From Salpingoeca rosetta (lineage: Eukaryota; Protista; Choanoflagellata): a stretch of DNA of 64,000 bases. Below, one piece after another: positions 29,939 through 43,472 of this stretch. The notes beneath the pieces were generated by a model. That model was not told the DNA's origin. It was given only the letters and a program-made list of their open reading frames with translations, and ran no database searches. Positions within the stretch are counted from its first letter, which is position 1; each line of letters starts with the position of its first letter. The stretch covers positions 799,865 to 863,864 of the forward strand of contig JAWQFM010000002.1 in the NCBI GenBank assembly GCA_033442325.1, written 5' to 3'. The position numbers and the translations under genes are program-made.

Positions 29939-32900
29939 TCAGTCCATGAAGCTGTATCGTTTGGGCCGTGGCAGGTCCGCCATCTTGATGCTCTGCATCT
30001 GACTGCACTCCAGGCTGCGGTACCCAAGGTCGCTCTGCTGCTGCAGCTTCTCCATCGTCCCGAGCCGTCGCTGGTGGATGGTCACCCGGTGCGCCAGCCG
30101 CTCTGTTGTTGACTTGCGCCGCCTGTGCGCCGCAGCCGCCAGCAGCGATGACGTGTCTGAATGCGCCGTTGACTGCACGCTCGTCGCGGTTGAGAGCAGT
30201 GCCGATGCTGACGGTGTCGCTCCCTCTTGCCGTTCTTGCTGCTGCTGCTGCTGCTGTTGTTGTTGTTGCTGGTGGTGGTGGTGGTGGGAATATCCTGCCT
30301 CCGCCTCGCCCTCGCCCTCCTCGGCGATCCTGGGCGGGATGCGGCCTGCCTGGTGCAGGGAGCGGAAGAGGAACGAGCTCGTCTGCTGGGCCAGCTCCCG
30401 GTCAATCTCCATCGACGCTCGCGACCGCCGGCGCATCGTCTCCTGCAGCTGCTGCTGCTTCTGCCGGTGTAGCAGCTCGGCCTGATCGAATGAGGACGGG
30501 TGTTGGTGTGTTGAGGGAGTGGTGGGTTGCAATGGGTGGTGGGTGTGGATGACACGGTTGGTGTGAGACGTGTATTTGTGGGCGTGACTGCATTTGACCA
30601 CACACGCATACTTGCGCGTTTACACACACACACACACACATACACACACATGTACACACATGCACACACACATGCAAACATACACACGCGCGCATACATT
30701 CACATGCTTCTTTCCCCCCCCCCCCAGACCCCATTCAACTCGTAGCACTACTGCCATGAGCTGCTGCAAGTACGTACCACGTCTGCTGGTTTCTGCTGCC
30801 TGTATGTTGAAGGGTCGTGAACGTTCCACTTGCGCGCCTGTCCGAGCGTCCCGATGTATTCGCCATGGATTGTCCACACACGGCATGTGCAGTCCTCGCT
30901 GGCCGTCAACACAACACGCGTCATGCCGTCGGTGTCGTTCCCTTCCGTGGCGGGCGACTCCGCCTTTGTGGTTGCGAGGCTGATGCGTGTGATGGCCTGC
31001 ACGTGCGCCATCCACTTTGTTTGCAATATCGGTTCACCAGCGCTGCTGCCGGCGTCCACATCCTCGCGCCACGCCGCGCACGACCACACCTTTACCGTGC
31101 CAGCAGCATCCGCCGTCACCATGCGCTCGCCACTGCCGCACACCTCCACGTCGTTCACCGTGTACCTGCTCACGTGCAGCTCGCACAGCATGCGGCCCGT
31201 GTTGGTGTTGAACAGCCACACGCACCCAGCGCCCCCGCCAGAGCCCCACAGCACAACGTGCTGCGCTCCTGTGACCATGCATTGCCAGCGTGATGCGTGT
31301 TGTGTCATGCATGTATGTGGATGTGTGTGGGTTGTGGGCAGTGCTGTGAGCGTTGTGTGTGCGATAACAATGGCAGCGATGATCGTTGTGTGTGCGTGTG
31401 TGTGTGATGTCAATCGCAATGACCCCGCAGCCTTGAGCCATCGCACCCATCTATTTCACCTTGTGCGCCTGGTGTCTGGAGCGCGTGCCTCCACGCCACC
31501 ATGCCGAGCACCGAGCAGCGCGGTACTTGCCCTGGGTGGGGTCGAGTTTGGAGGGAGGGGGTGAAAGACAGAAGAATCAAGTGTGGGTGTGGACGTGAAG
31601 GTTGGTGACAGTCGCAGTGTGGTGACCACGCACAGCATACAACACACACCCACACACCCACACACACACCACACGGACATAAACACACCAAAGCAGCCTT
31701 CCCTCAACAAGCCTATCCTCAACACCTTCTTGCGCCCCAGCCCCCTCTTCAGCAACACGTACGTCTGAGAGAGTGCTGTCGCGTGGCGAGGACGCGGTCG
31801 AGGACTTTCCAGGTGAAGATCTCGCCGTTGATGGAGCATGATGCAATGTACATGGGCCGCAGCTCCACAATGCTGGTCACGTCCGCCGTGTGTCCCCTCC
31901 CAATGGCGCTCTGGTCCGCGTGCACGTAATAGTCGGAGCCGTCACACTGCGAGAAGATGTTGATGGTGCGGTCCCACCCTCCAGACACGACGCGCCCGTC
32001 CTGCATCTCCAACATGGTTTGCACCTCCACCCGCAGGTCGGTCTGCAGCTTCATGAGCGCGAGCCCGACGTTGAAGTTCCACAGCTTGATGGTGCCGTCA
32101 GACGCCGCTGTTAGCAGCCGCCGCTGCGAGTGGTCAAAGTTGAGCTTGGTCACCTCCGCGCTCGCGTGCGCGGGCCCAAACTTGAGCAGCCGCTCGCCCG
32201 TGTTGAGGTTCCACACGTTGATCATGGACTCGCGGCACGCCGTCACCACCTGGCTGAAGAGCGGGTTGTACCCGACATCTGTCAGCGGCTGGCTATGCGT
32301 CTGCGTCTCGCCAGAGGTGGACAGGAGCTCGCGCCCGAGGTACGCCGTGTGCAGCTGGTCTGACGCATACACGACACTCGAGGTGCCGCTGTCGTACAGG
32401 CACGCTGTGATTGGGTGGCCACCCGGGTTGACATGCGACGCGGACAGGCTGAGAATGCAAGCGTGCGTGTACAGCGACCACAGCTTGACGACGGCGTCCG
32501 CAGAGAGGGAGATGAGGAACTGGTGGGCAGGCCGGCCTGTGGTGCCATCCCCATCGCCATGTTCCTGCTGCTGGTGTTGCTGGTGCTGGTGGTGTGAATG
32601 GGACGGCCGTGGTATGTTGTGGTGACTACTGTGCGTGTCGATGCTGCTCTTTGTCTGGATGGCCAGTGTGAGGATGCTTGCCTTGTGCCCTTCGAGGATG
32701 GCGTTGGCGCGGTGGTTGACGTGCGGGTTCCACAGCCGCAGCTTGCCGTCCACGCCCCCAGATACCAGCACGTTGGACTGTTTGGAGAAGTCAAACGCGC
32801 GCACGCCCTTTGGGATGTTGAACTTGCGTGCATCCGAGTCAAACACCACCATGGCATCTGGTGCAACAGGGGACGGGCACGTGTGTGCGAGCGTGCGTGT

Positions 32901-34100
32901 GCGTGTGTGCAGTGCGAATGAATATGGATGCGAGGGTGATTGTATTTGTGTGTGCGCAGGATGTGCGAGTGTGTGTGTGTGTGCATGTGTGTTGTGCGCT
33001 TGCTTTGGGGTCACACGCTGCACTGTATTTGCACAGAGAGACATCTGCAGGACGCAGCATGTCACGTGCCAGATGTCTCTCTTCACCAGCTTCAAACAGG
33101 TTGCGCATGCACACACACACGCGCGCCTACCTGGTGTTGTTGCGCTGCAGGAGATGAAGGTGCCTGGCGCAGAGTAGCCCGAGATGCCCTCCACCCAGTC
33201 CGAGTGCACCTGTTCGGACCAGTAGTAGTCTGGGGACAGCCGGCTGAGCGGAATGTCGTGTCGAAAGTCGCGCGCATCCGTTGCACTCAGAAGGTGGAAG
33301 CGGTGCTCGCGGAACTGCAGCACGTGCACGCGCCCGCCCATGTCGCCCATGAGCAGCGTGTCCGTTGTCTCGCTCTCGTGGAAGGCCATGCACATGATGG
33401 TGTGGCTGAACCCCGTGATCTGGCACAGCTCCTCAGAGACCGTGCAGGGGAGGTCGTAGAACCTGAGTGTGCGGTCGGAGAAGGAGACGGCAACCTTGCC
33501 AAATGGCGTGAGCACGACGGCGCTCACGGCCTGCACCTTGCGCTGGGGCAGACTGAGGTGTGTGGTCTTGATGGGCTTGAGATCGGACCGGTGCATGGAG
33601 ATGACGCCGTCCTCCGTGATGGAGATGAAGCGGTACGAGCTGTGGGCGTTGCGTTGGGTCGGCATGTGGTGGGTGACGCAGGCAATGGGAATGCGCGCGG
33701 GAAGGTTTACTCTGGTGATGGGCACCGTCTCGTGGATGTGCAAGCGCTGCGCCTCTGACGCCGGGTCGTCGTCCTTCTCCTCGTACGCCACCAGCATGTA
33801 GGTGCATAGCTCGTCCCAGTCAACGTTGCCGTCGCAGCTGGTATCGATCTTCATGAAGAGCAGGGCCAGCTGCTCCCTTGAGATGACGTCCTTGCTGATG
33901 TACTTGTGCATCACGTTGCAGAACGAGTCCATGTCCAAGCCCATGTCTTTGAACTTTGGGTTCTGGAACTCGTCCATGAGCTTCTCCAGGTGGTCCCTGC
34001 GCAGGTAATCCTCCACCCTGCCCTCATGGTCAAACGTCTCGATTGACACCGGTGGCGACACCGACCTGTCGTGGTTGCTGGCCTGAACAATCGACGTCAT
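29939..34100 (-). CDS. EF-hand plus WD40 protein of the WDR49/EFCAB8/WDR64 family, with few long exons; start uncertain
   Basis: LFMKIDTSCDGNVDWDELCTYM EF-hand typical of the family; many WD repeats (LVSGGVDGKLRLWNPH, LLTAASDGTIKLWNFNVG, VLTASEDCTCRVWT..GEYIGTLGQ); the ORF-track start at 34112 is TTG and the first ATG is at 34100. Confidence 0.85.
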
Positions 34101-34524
34101 TTCTCGGCTCAACGGGCGAGGGTAAGAGGCGCAAAGCGAGGGGCAACTGAAGGGGCGCTGAGACGTATATGTGTGTGTGTGTGTGCGTGTGTATGCGTGC
34201 GCGCGTGCAGCGTGTAGAATGCACCCTTTGATCCGTCGCTGGTCCCTTCAGATGTCGCTAATGCCACTCGCTGGTGCTTGAATGTTGCCTTTGCTGCTGC
34301 TGTAGTCGTTGTTGTCGTCGCTGTTGCTGGGGACGACGACAGAACGTTGGGCCAACGCGCCGCGCCAGGCTGCCCGTGCTGTGCGTTTGTTTACGGCCGT
34401 GCGAAGCGCCTTGGAGATGTTGACGACTGCCGAGTAGGCGGGCGTATGCATGAGGAAAGAACAATGGAGCAGAAGAGAGGCGGTGCAGGCTGTCACGACA
34501 CAATCGCGCACACCACACCGGGCG

Positions 34525-34538
34525 GTAGCCAAGGGAAG
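34525..34538. promoter_or_regulatory. Weak X-box-like element (GTAGCCAAGGGAAG) upstream of the WDR49-like gene
   Basis: GTNRCC half-site; second half imperfect. Confidence 0.3.
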
Positions 34539-34976
34539 ACACGGGCACACGGCTTGCCCGCTCAAATTCCGATCCTGCAAAAAGTTTCTTAATGACGGTC
34601 AGTCTTCAAGGCGCACGGCGCAAGCAGAGACTTGAGAGCTGATGCAAGTAGAGTGAGACAGGAGTTGCAGTTGGAGAGATGAGACAAACAGCGGAGCACG
34701 TTGGCAGCCCTTCTTGCTTGCTTGCAATGGCTCTCGCCAGCCAGGGGCACTGTACAGCTTTGCAACGTACCTCACACGAGCTTCTATGTCGAAGGGGAGA
34801 GAAAGAGAGAAAGGCTGGAATGCACGCCAGAGCTTTGATGTCGTGTTGCCGCCAAAAAAGAACGCTGAAGGGCTGGAAGGGGCAAAGCAGCCAGGGTCAA
34901 TTAATTCCGCATCAAACCAAGAACACAAAAGAAAAAACAGAAGAAGGAAGGACGAGCACGTTGTTGCGCGAAGACG

Positions 34977-37116
34977 ATGATGAACATGCTGGCGATGCAC
35001 AGGTTTGCGGCAGTGGGTCGGATGCCAGTGACAGCGGCGGCGGCAGCGATGCGACTCGCCACAGCAACCGCGCAGCGAACCGGTGTGCGCGCAGCAACAA
35101 CAGCGGCAAAGAGGATGCAGTGCGCTCAGCAGCTGCGCCATGCTGCAGGCATTCAACGCGCTTTTCAGGGGCCAGCGTCCTGCAAGAACAACTCCCTAGT
35201 GTGCCGGCGGCCACTGCACACCACGGCGTGCACACACATGTCGTCGTCCACGGCCACTGATGCCCCAAAGGAGCAGCAAGAACGGGTGTTGCTGTACGAG
35301 GCACCCATTGCCAGGCCTGTGCGTACGTTGAAGGTCGTCTCCGTCACCAGTGCCACCCTCACCCTGCTGTTTCTTCCAGCGGTACGTGCTTGCGCGTGTG
35401 CGTGTGTGTGTGCGTGTGCGTGTGTGTGCTTGCGCGCGTGTGTGCTTGCGCGCGTGTGTGTATGTGTGTGTGTGTGCGTGTTTTTGTGTGAATGTGTGTG
35501 TATGTGTGCGTGTGTGCGTTTGCGTGCTTTACCTTTTCCCAGTCACAAGATGTAACCTCTACAACGCACCAAACCACACGCACACACACACGCACACACA
35601 CACACACACACCCTCTCCCCCCTCTCTTGTGCCCTCCGCCAGTCCATCTTCATTGGCAATCCAGACATGTCCGCCATGGCCAAGGTGGCACTTTCCACCA
35701 CCGTTTGCTGCTTTGCAGGCGCAACAACAGGTGGGGTCACCTGCCATCACCTCCATCATGTCATGGGCAAGTGGTTGTTTGCGTGGTGTGCAGGTGTCGT
35801 CACGACCTGCACTCTGTGCTCACCGCAACGCCCATGTACACACCGTGTCTGCCGATGCCACTCATGATGCCTTCTACCTCTTGCACTTGACGCTGGGAGC
35901 AGGTGCGCTGCACTGGGCAACAAAGTCGTATGTCTGCAACATCACCGTGTCGCACGAGGATGCCGAGAAGGTACCGCGATGTCACTGTTCCCTGCGCTTG
36001 TGATTGTGTCTCTCTACTCATGGGCTTCGCCACAGTGGCACTGTGCGCGTGTGTGTATGTGTGTATGTGTGTACGCATGTGTGTGTGTGCGTGTGTGTGC
36101 GTGCGTGGGCGTGCGTGGGCGTGTGTGTGTGCGTGGGCGTGCGTAGGCGTGCGTGTGCGTGTGTGTGCGTGTGTGTGTGCGTGCGTGGGCGTGTGTGTGT
36201 GCGTGCGTGGGCGGGTGTATGCCCTCCCCCACATACACACACACACATACATACATACATACATACATACATACATACATACATACATACATACATACAT
36301 ACATACATACATACATACATACATACATACATACATACATACATACATACATACATACATACATACATACACACATACACACACACATACACACATACAT
36401 ACATACACGTGTACGCTCGCCTCCCCAACTCGACGGCTCACGCTGGCTGCTTGCACTGGTGCTGACATCACAGCTGAAGCGCGGGGAGGACTGCAGCGAC
36501 ATCTCGCTGACAGCAGAGACAGTCTCCTTCTTTGGAGGCGTGAAGCAGACAACCTTCTCGGCAGCAGACGTGGTGAGCATATGTGTCGTGTTTGCTGATG
36601 TACCCGAGCTCTCGCCTCAACACAGGCTGTTTGTGCAGGCTGCTTACGTGCACACGTTGTCCACTCCCACACTGACCCTCTTCACTCGCCATGGTGCATA
36701 CTTGGTCATGGCAGACATATCCCACAGATGACCCGGCCTTTAAATCCTTCTTCGTCGGGAACCAGTACGTACAGCTGGCGAGCGTGCATGCGCATGCGTG
36801 GTTGCGTGTGCTTGTGCGTGCATGTGCTGGCGAGCGTGCATGTGCGTGTGTATGTATGTGTGCGTATGTGTATGTGCGTCTGCGTGCTTGTCTGCTTGTG
36901 CATGTGTACGTGTGCGCTTGTAGTCATCGACAGCACACCTCTTTGAGCGTGTTCATCTCTGCACGAGCGACTTGCAGTGCTCACATGGACGGACAACTCA
37001 CATGTGCGCGCGTGTGTGTGCGTGTGTGGATGCGCAGGAGCTTCTTCGTGCATGGGGAGGTGGTTGGCCCCAACAGCCCGCTGCGCAAAGTCCTCAAGCA
37101 GCTGAAGACCGGCTGA
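34977..37116 (+). CDS. TMEM70-like mitochondrial inner-membrane assembly factor, multi-exon
   Basis: Presequence-like N-terminus; [21 protein letters not shown], two hydrophobic segments, [17 protein letters not shown]. Confidence 0.8.
36247..36372. repeat. (CATA)n tetranucleotide microsatellite, intronic
   Basis: Direct inspection. Confidence 0.95.
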
Positions 37117-37131
37117 CACCCAAAGGCGCCG

Positions 37132-37206
37132 AAGGAAGGAAGGAAGGAAGGAGGAGGAGGAGGAGGAGGAGGAGGAGGAGGAGGAGGAGGAGGAGGAGGA
37201 GGAGGA
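37132..37206. repeat. (GGAA)n(GGA)n purine repeat
   Basis: Direct inspection. Confidence 0.9.
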
Positions 37207-37417
37207 TTTGCTCACACTGGTGTTGTACACAGACAGGCAGACGTGCATTAGACAGATGCACACAGCTGACTGACGTGAATGAATGCATGAATGAAACGAA
37301 ACGAGGCGAGGTGCAAAACAAGAACACAAATCGCAACAGCGCACACAAACACAAACACAAGTCCAAACACAAACACAGGCAAACACACAAACACGACAAA
37401 ACACAACACGAGCAGCC

Positions 37418-39289
37418 ATGCCGTACACTGGGCCCGTGGTTGACACGCACCACCACTTCTGGGACCTGGAGCGGTTCGGGGACCACTACAAATGGATCAA
37501 CAACATCCCTGCAGGTCGAACGAGATGGCCACACACCCATTGACACGGTTCAAGAAAACGCACACCCCCGTGCTCACGCGCTCACGAACAACTTGGTGCT
37601 GTTGACTGATGCGCTTTGGTGACAGATGCCAAGGACGCGGGCCTGAAGCGGTCATATCTGCTGCCAGACTTTGAGCGGGACATTCAGGACTTGAATGTCA
37701 CCAAGTCCGTCCATGTGCAGGTGCGTGTGCGTGTGTCTGTATGCGTGCGTTTATACGTGCGTGCGTGCGTGTGCGTGCGTGCGTGCGTGCGTGTTTGTAC
37801 GTGCGTGCGTGCGTGTGCGTGCGTGCGTGCGTGCGTGTGTGTGTGTGTGCGTGTGTATGTGTGCGTGTGTATGTGTGCGTGTGTGCATGTGTGTGTGTGT
37901 ATGTGTGTGTGTATGTGTGTGTGTGTGTGTGTGGAGACACCGTCTGATGCTGTACCACGTGTATCAATTCTCACACCACACGCCCATGCGCACGTGTGTG
38001 TTGCGGCAGGGCGAGTGGCGTGGAGACGAGGTGGAGGAGACAAGATGGCTTGATGGCATTGCAGAGGTGAGGAACAGCACACCACTATGCCAAGTGCCGG
38101 CGTGCGAACGTCTGGGCGATATTGGAACTGTGTTTGTGGTGGTCCATGTGCTCATGTGTGCATTATGTCGTCTGCAGTCACACCGCTCTTCCCCCTCCGG
38201 TTCACCGCAACGACTCCAATCACCACTGTGTGACCACCCCTTCTTTTGCACCTCGCCACCGTGTCCCTTGTCACGCAGGACGTTGATAACAGTGCCGGGT
38301 TTCCGCATGCCATTGTGGGCTACGCCAACTTTGACAGCCCAGACGTCGAGAATCAGCTGCAAGAGCATGCAAAGGTCTGCAAGGGGAGAGTGTGTGCGTG
38401 CGTGCATGTGCGTGCGTGTGCGTGCGTGTGCGTGTGTGCGTGTGTGTGTGCGTGTGTGCGTGTGTGTGTGTCACCGTTCCACGCTTGCTGTGCTTTGCTT
38501 TGCGTTGCATGTCGTTCACATGCCTCGTTTGTTCAACATTGTCCATCTATCCCTCCAAACCCTCATCCAATGCGACCAACTTCCCCCTGTACCCCCCTCC
38601 TCCGTCCTCCGGCCAAACCTACTTTGTCCCGACGCGGACACAGAGCCCGCGGTTCAGAGGGGTTAGGCAGTTGTTGAACTGGCACGAGGACGAGTCGAAG
38701 AGAGCAGCAGAGCGCGACTACCTCAGCGATCCAGAGTGAGGTTCCCTTGCCCGCACCTGTGCGTTGATTGTCGTGTTCTGCATGAGCGCACCAGTTGTGC
38801 ACAGGTGTGATGCATTCCTGGCTGTGCACAGCTGTACACGCGCGCACTGCAAGCTGCCTCCCACCCCACCCCCATCGTTTTGTTTCTCTGAGTGTTGGTT
38901 GGTTGCTTCATCTGAAGCCTCACTCGGGGTGTGCGCATGTGTCTGTGCCGCAGGTGGCGGGAGCGTATCGGGCTGCTCGCCAAGTACAACCTCTTGTTCG
39001 AGCTGCACCTGTATCCGCACCAGGTCTTTGAATAACATGCACATGCGCTTATTTTGCTTCGCAACTCGTGCGTGTCTATGTGTGTGGGCGTCCATGCGCT
39101 CGTGTGTCTGCCCGTGTATTTGCCAGCTCCCTTGACTCCAAACGTCTCCACCTGTCCCCCACTTGACTCGATCCGTCTCTGTCTGTCTTCATCTGTCTCT
39201 GTCTGTCTCTGTCTCCCCCGTCCTTTCCCCTTACTTACCATCACCCTGCTTTGTTGTCCCCATTTTACCGCACACGCACACGCACACGC

Positions 39290-39320
<31 letters not shown>

Positions 39321-40289
39321 AATCAAACACCAGATGGCACAGGCGTCGGCGCTGTGCAAACAGCACCCTACGATCCCGTTTGTGCTTGATCACATTGGTT
39401 GCCCCATTGAGCGGGATGGTCCTGGCTACGATTCCTGGCTCCACAGCATGAAGGTGCGACAGTGCCATGTGCACGTGTGTGTATGCATGTGTGAATATGT
39501 GTGTGTGCACACGTTTACATTCGTGCCACTGCGCGCCTTTACATTCGCCCCTGTGCGTATGGCGAAACCTGTGGCTACGTTTGTCGTTGAGCGACAGACA
39601 ACCAACGCCCCTCACTCTCTCTGCTGCTATCACACTGTCTTACTGTGCTGTGTGCTATATTGTGCAGGACCTTGCTTCCAATGCCAACGCATACTGCAAG
39701 ATCTCGGGCCTCATTCACCCAATGCACACAAGCAAAGGTATCATGTGGCGCGTGAGGGCAGTGTAGGGTTTTCCATGCATGCGTACATGTTGTTGACCTG
39801 CGACTGTCACTGTTGCTGTGCTCTTGTTCACACACACATGCGCGTGCGCTGTGCGCGTGTGGGTGCCGCTCGATAGGGGGTTGGAGTGCCGAGACGTTGC
39901 GTCCTTGGATCAAGGGGACCTTGGAGGCCTTTGGAACAGACCGTTGCTTGTTTGGCTCCAATTTCCCTGTGGACGGCGTGTGTGGATCCTACAAGCAAGT
40001 GCTTGATGCCGTGAAGGTGAGCGACCTGCCAGTGAAACTCCTCTTCCACTTGCTGAGTAGTGCTCATGCTGCTGCGTTGCTTGATTGTCGCGCTGTCTCT
40101 GAGTACAAGACTTACACTCACACACGCTCTCACACGCACAACACACGCACAACACATACACACACACGCTCTCACACGCACAACACACGCACAACACATA
40201 CACACACACACTCCCACACACACACACACTCCCACACACGCACAACACATACACACACACACTCCCACACACACACACACTCCCACACT

Positions 40290-40365
<76 letters not shown>

Positions 40366-40489
40366 CACACACGCACAACACAAATCACACATGCAACAGG
40401 CCTGCTTGGATGAGCTTGGTGTGAGCGCAAGCGACCAGCACAGCATCTTTTATGCCAACGCTGTGCGCATTTACCAACTCTCTGATTGA
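37418..40489 (+). CDS. Amidohydrolase_2 family TIM-barrel hydrolase (sugar-lactonase-like), about 10 exons
   Basis: [83 protein letters not shown]. Confidence 0.92.
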
Positions 40490-40952
40490 TTTTGCCACGG
40501 TGGCAAAATGTGGTGCAAAGGAAAAAATAAAAAATTGTTGTGGTCTGTTTTGGGTGGTGAGTGCCCGGTTTTTTTGCTTTTGAGGTAGATAGCAGATGGC
40601 CGTGTGCGCACTCGTGTGCCTTTTTCCACTCGAATCAGAGATCCACACACAGACGCACCGCAGAGGTGAGGGAGCATGGGATATGGCGAGCGCAAAGTTG
40701 GGAGGGAAGGATGGCGAGGCGACGGCCAAAGCGCCCTGCCATGGATGTGGAGACTGGTCCATGACAGACTGCCTGTGTGTGTGTGTGTGTACGCGTACGT
40801 TTGTTTGTGTGTGTGTGTGTACGTCTGTCAAGCAGTTGGCACCACAGCAAAAACTGCACCAACTACACAACCATCACATGCCACACGTCGCACTCATTGT
40901 CGCAACCTGTGAAACCCTTTGTGCTTTTGCGCTTGTGTGCTTGTGTGAGTAG

Positions 40953-41090
40953 ATGGCTGACGTTCAGAAGAGGAAGCGCGCTTTCCGCAAGTTCACCTTC
41001 CGTGGTATTGAGGTCGAGCAGCTCCTTGACCTCAGCCATGACCAGGTGTGTAAGCGTGCACGCGTGTTTGGCCATGTTTGCGCACGTGGC

Positions 41091-41129
<39 letters not shown>

Positions 41130-42525
41130 GTAGCGTCTGCCCGAACCCAAGTGCCGATGCAGCGAGTGAGATGAACGGCACACGCGGACTGGCCTTGTGG
41201 CGCTCGCGAAGCGATGGGAGAATCGATTGATGTACAGCAACAAGGCAGCGCGAGAGCCGATGCCGAGATGCGACCCACAGAGACCACCACCGCCACCACC
41301 ACAGCACGCGACTGAAAGCACCTAAAACCGGCCCCGCTTGCTGCAACACACCATGGAGAATGCTGATGATGACCGCGACAGAAGCGCAGAGCAGCTTGAG
41401 TGTGCTCACATGAGCGGGGAGCAATGTCACAGCACTAACGATTGGCAGCGACAACCACAGCGTTGATGGTGTTGACATTTGAAGCGTTGCGCTTCAGAGC
41501 CAGCAACGGCACGCTGTTGCTGCTGACCATGTGTGCACCCACGTACAAAGTGCAATGTCACTGATATCTTTGAAGACCCGCGTTTCTCACCCTCTGCGGC
41601 TCTGCTTCTTCGCTGTTGGTCTTGCCTCTACACTGTTCTTGGCCTGTGTTTGGTCGTAACAGCTCCTGGACCTCCTCAACTGCCGTGCCCGCCGCAAGCT
41701 GAAGCGCGGTCTCAAGCGCAAGCCCCTCAGCCTTCTCAAGAAGCTCAGGAAGGTCAAGAAGGAGACCCCCGAGGGCGTAAGTTGGTGTTGGACTCGATGT
41801 GTGTGCTTGCTGGCTGCACTGCACACGTGTGCTTTTGCACCTGTCTTCTCTTTCGTGCACCCCTTTGTCCGGCACGCGCGCCAAGCATACACCTGTGTGT
41901 TTGCAACTGCCGGTCATAATGCGCACCTGCAGAGACAGTTGATTCCCAGTGCTGGCTCATTCGCTCCTTGTGAGACTCAACTCACCCATGGTTTCTGTTC
42001 TTGCTTCTTCCATACGTGCGCCCTATCTGTGTGCTGCTTGTACCCGACAGGAGAAGCCCGCTCCCGTCAAGACACACCTGCGTAACATGATCATCCTCCC
42101 CGAGATGATTGGCAGCATTGTTGGCGTGTACAACGGCAAGACCTTCAACCAAGTCGAGATCCGGGTACGTTGTTGGTCTTGGCGTTGTGTGTTCTTTCTG
42201 TGCACATGATGTTGTCGCGGAGTGAGACGTGTTGTGTGTCCTGTTTGGTGCTGCTGGGCATCGCATCTGTCTTGCGTGTATGGCTGGCCTCCGGTGCTTT
42301 GCGCGTGCCACACTCAATGTACGCTCGCTACTGGCTCACCTTGTCGTGTGTTGGTTTTCCTCTTGGTTTTGTTGCTCTCTTCTCTGTGTCGTTTCCCTTT
42401 CTTCGTTGCAGACTGACATGGTTGGCCACTACCTTGGCGAGTTCTCCATCTCCTACAAGCCTGTGCGCCACGGTCGCCCCGGTATCGGTGCCACTAACTC
42501 CTCCCGCTTCATCCCTCTCAAGTGA
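40953..42525 (+). CDS. RPS15: 40S ribosomal protein S15 (uS19), 4 exons
   Basis: [72 protein letters not shown]. Confidence 0.98.
41345..41535 (+). ncRNA. Candidate intronic structured RNA (box C/D snoRNA-like) in RPS15 intron 1
   Basis: ATGATGA at 41366-41372, CTGA at 41523-41526, terminal CATGG/CCATG complementarity and several internal hairpins; no rRNA guide identified. Confidence 0.3.
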
Positions 42526-42883
42526 ACATGGTCCTGGAGTGCGTGCGCGGTGTTATTGTGGTCGATGTGTTGCGGGAGACAAGCTGTGCGTGCGAACGTG
42601 TGTCGTCCTTTGTTTAGTTTGTGCACACAGCATCATGTGCCTGTCGCCCAGGTGTTTTGATCATACTTGAACGGCTTGTGCTGCCTCGTTGTGTTTGCAC
42701 AATCTAACAATCAAACAAGGCAACAGAAGTGTGAACCGCTGATAAGACAAAACTCTGTGTGTGAGAGAGAATGAGAAAGAGAGAGCGTGTGTGTGAAGTG
42801 CGAAGGTGGACTGAAGGGGAACAATGAACCTTGAGGGAGTGCTGGTTTCTATCGCTTTTATTGTTGTTCAGATCAAGCACGTG

Positions 42884-43392
42884 CTAGCTCGAGAGAGGCT
42901 CGGTTGAGTTGCGGGTGACAGGGTTGTGCCACACAATCTCCTCCAGGGCGTCTGTGTTTGCTGTGTCGCAACTGTTGGGGCACGTGTACACGGCGAGCAC
43001 GCCAAAGTCGGCAGCCGTGGTCGAGACCTTGGTGGAGAAAGGTGTGGGGAAAGAATAACATGGGAAGATGAAATGTATGTGAGAGCATGCATGTGCAGAC
43101 GCACACACAGACACAGGCAGACAGACAGACAGAGAGACAGACAGACACACCTCGACGGTGGGGAGGATCTGGGGCAAGAGCTCAAACTCAAACTCGCGCA
43201 TGGCGCCACATGTTGGGCAGGGGGAGATGTCGTGTTCTTCCGGCACGCGACTGCCAATCCACAGCGGCTTGCCGCCCTGTTGTTGTGACATGGTGAGGAG
43301 AGAGGGAGAGGCGGGGAGTTGTGGGCTGGAGACGGGACACGGAAGAAGGAGAAGGAAGGTGTGTTGTTCCAACATAGCGGCACAGACAGGCA

Positions 43393-43472
<80 letters not shown>

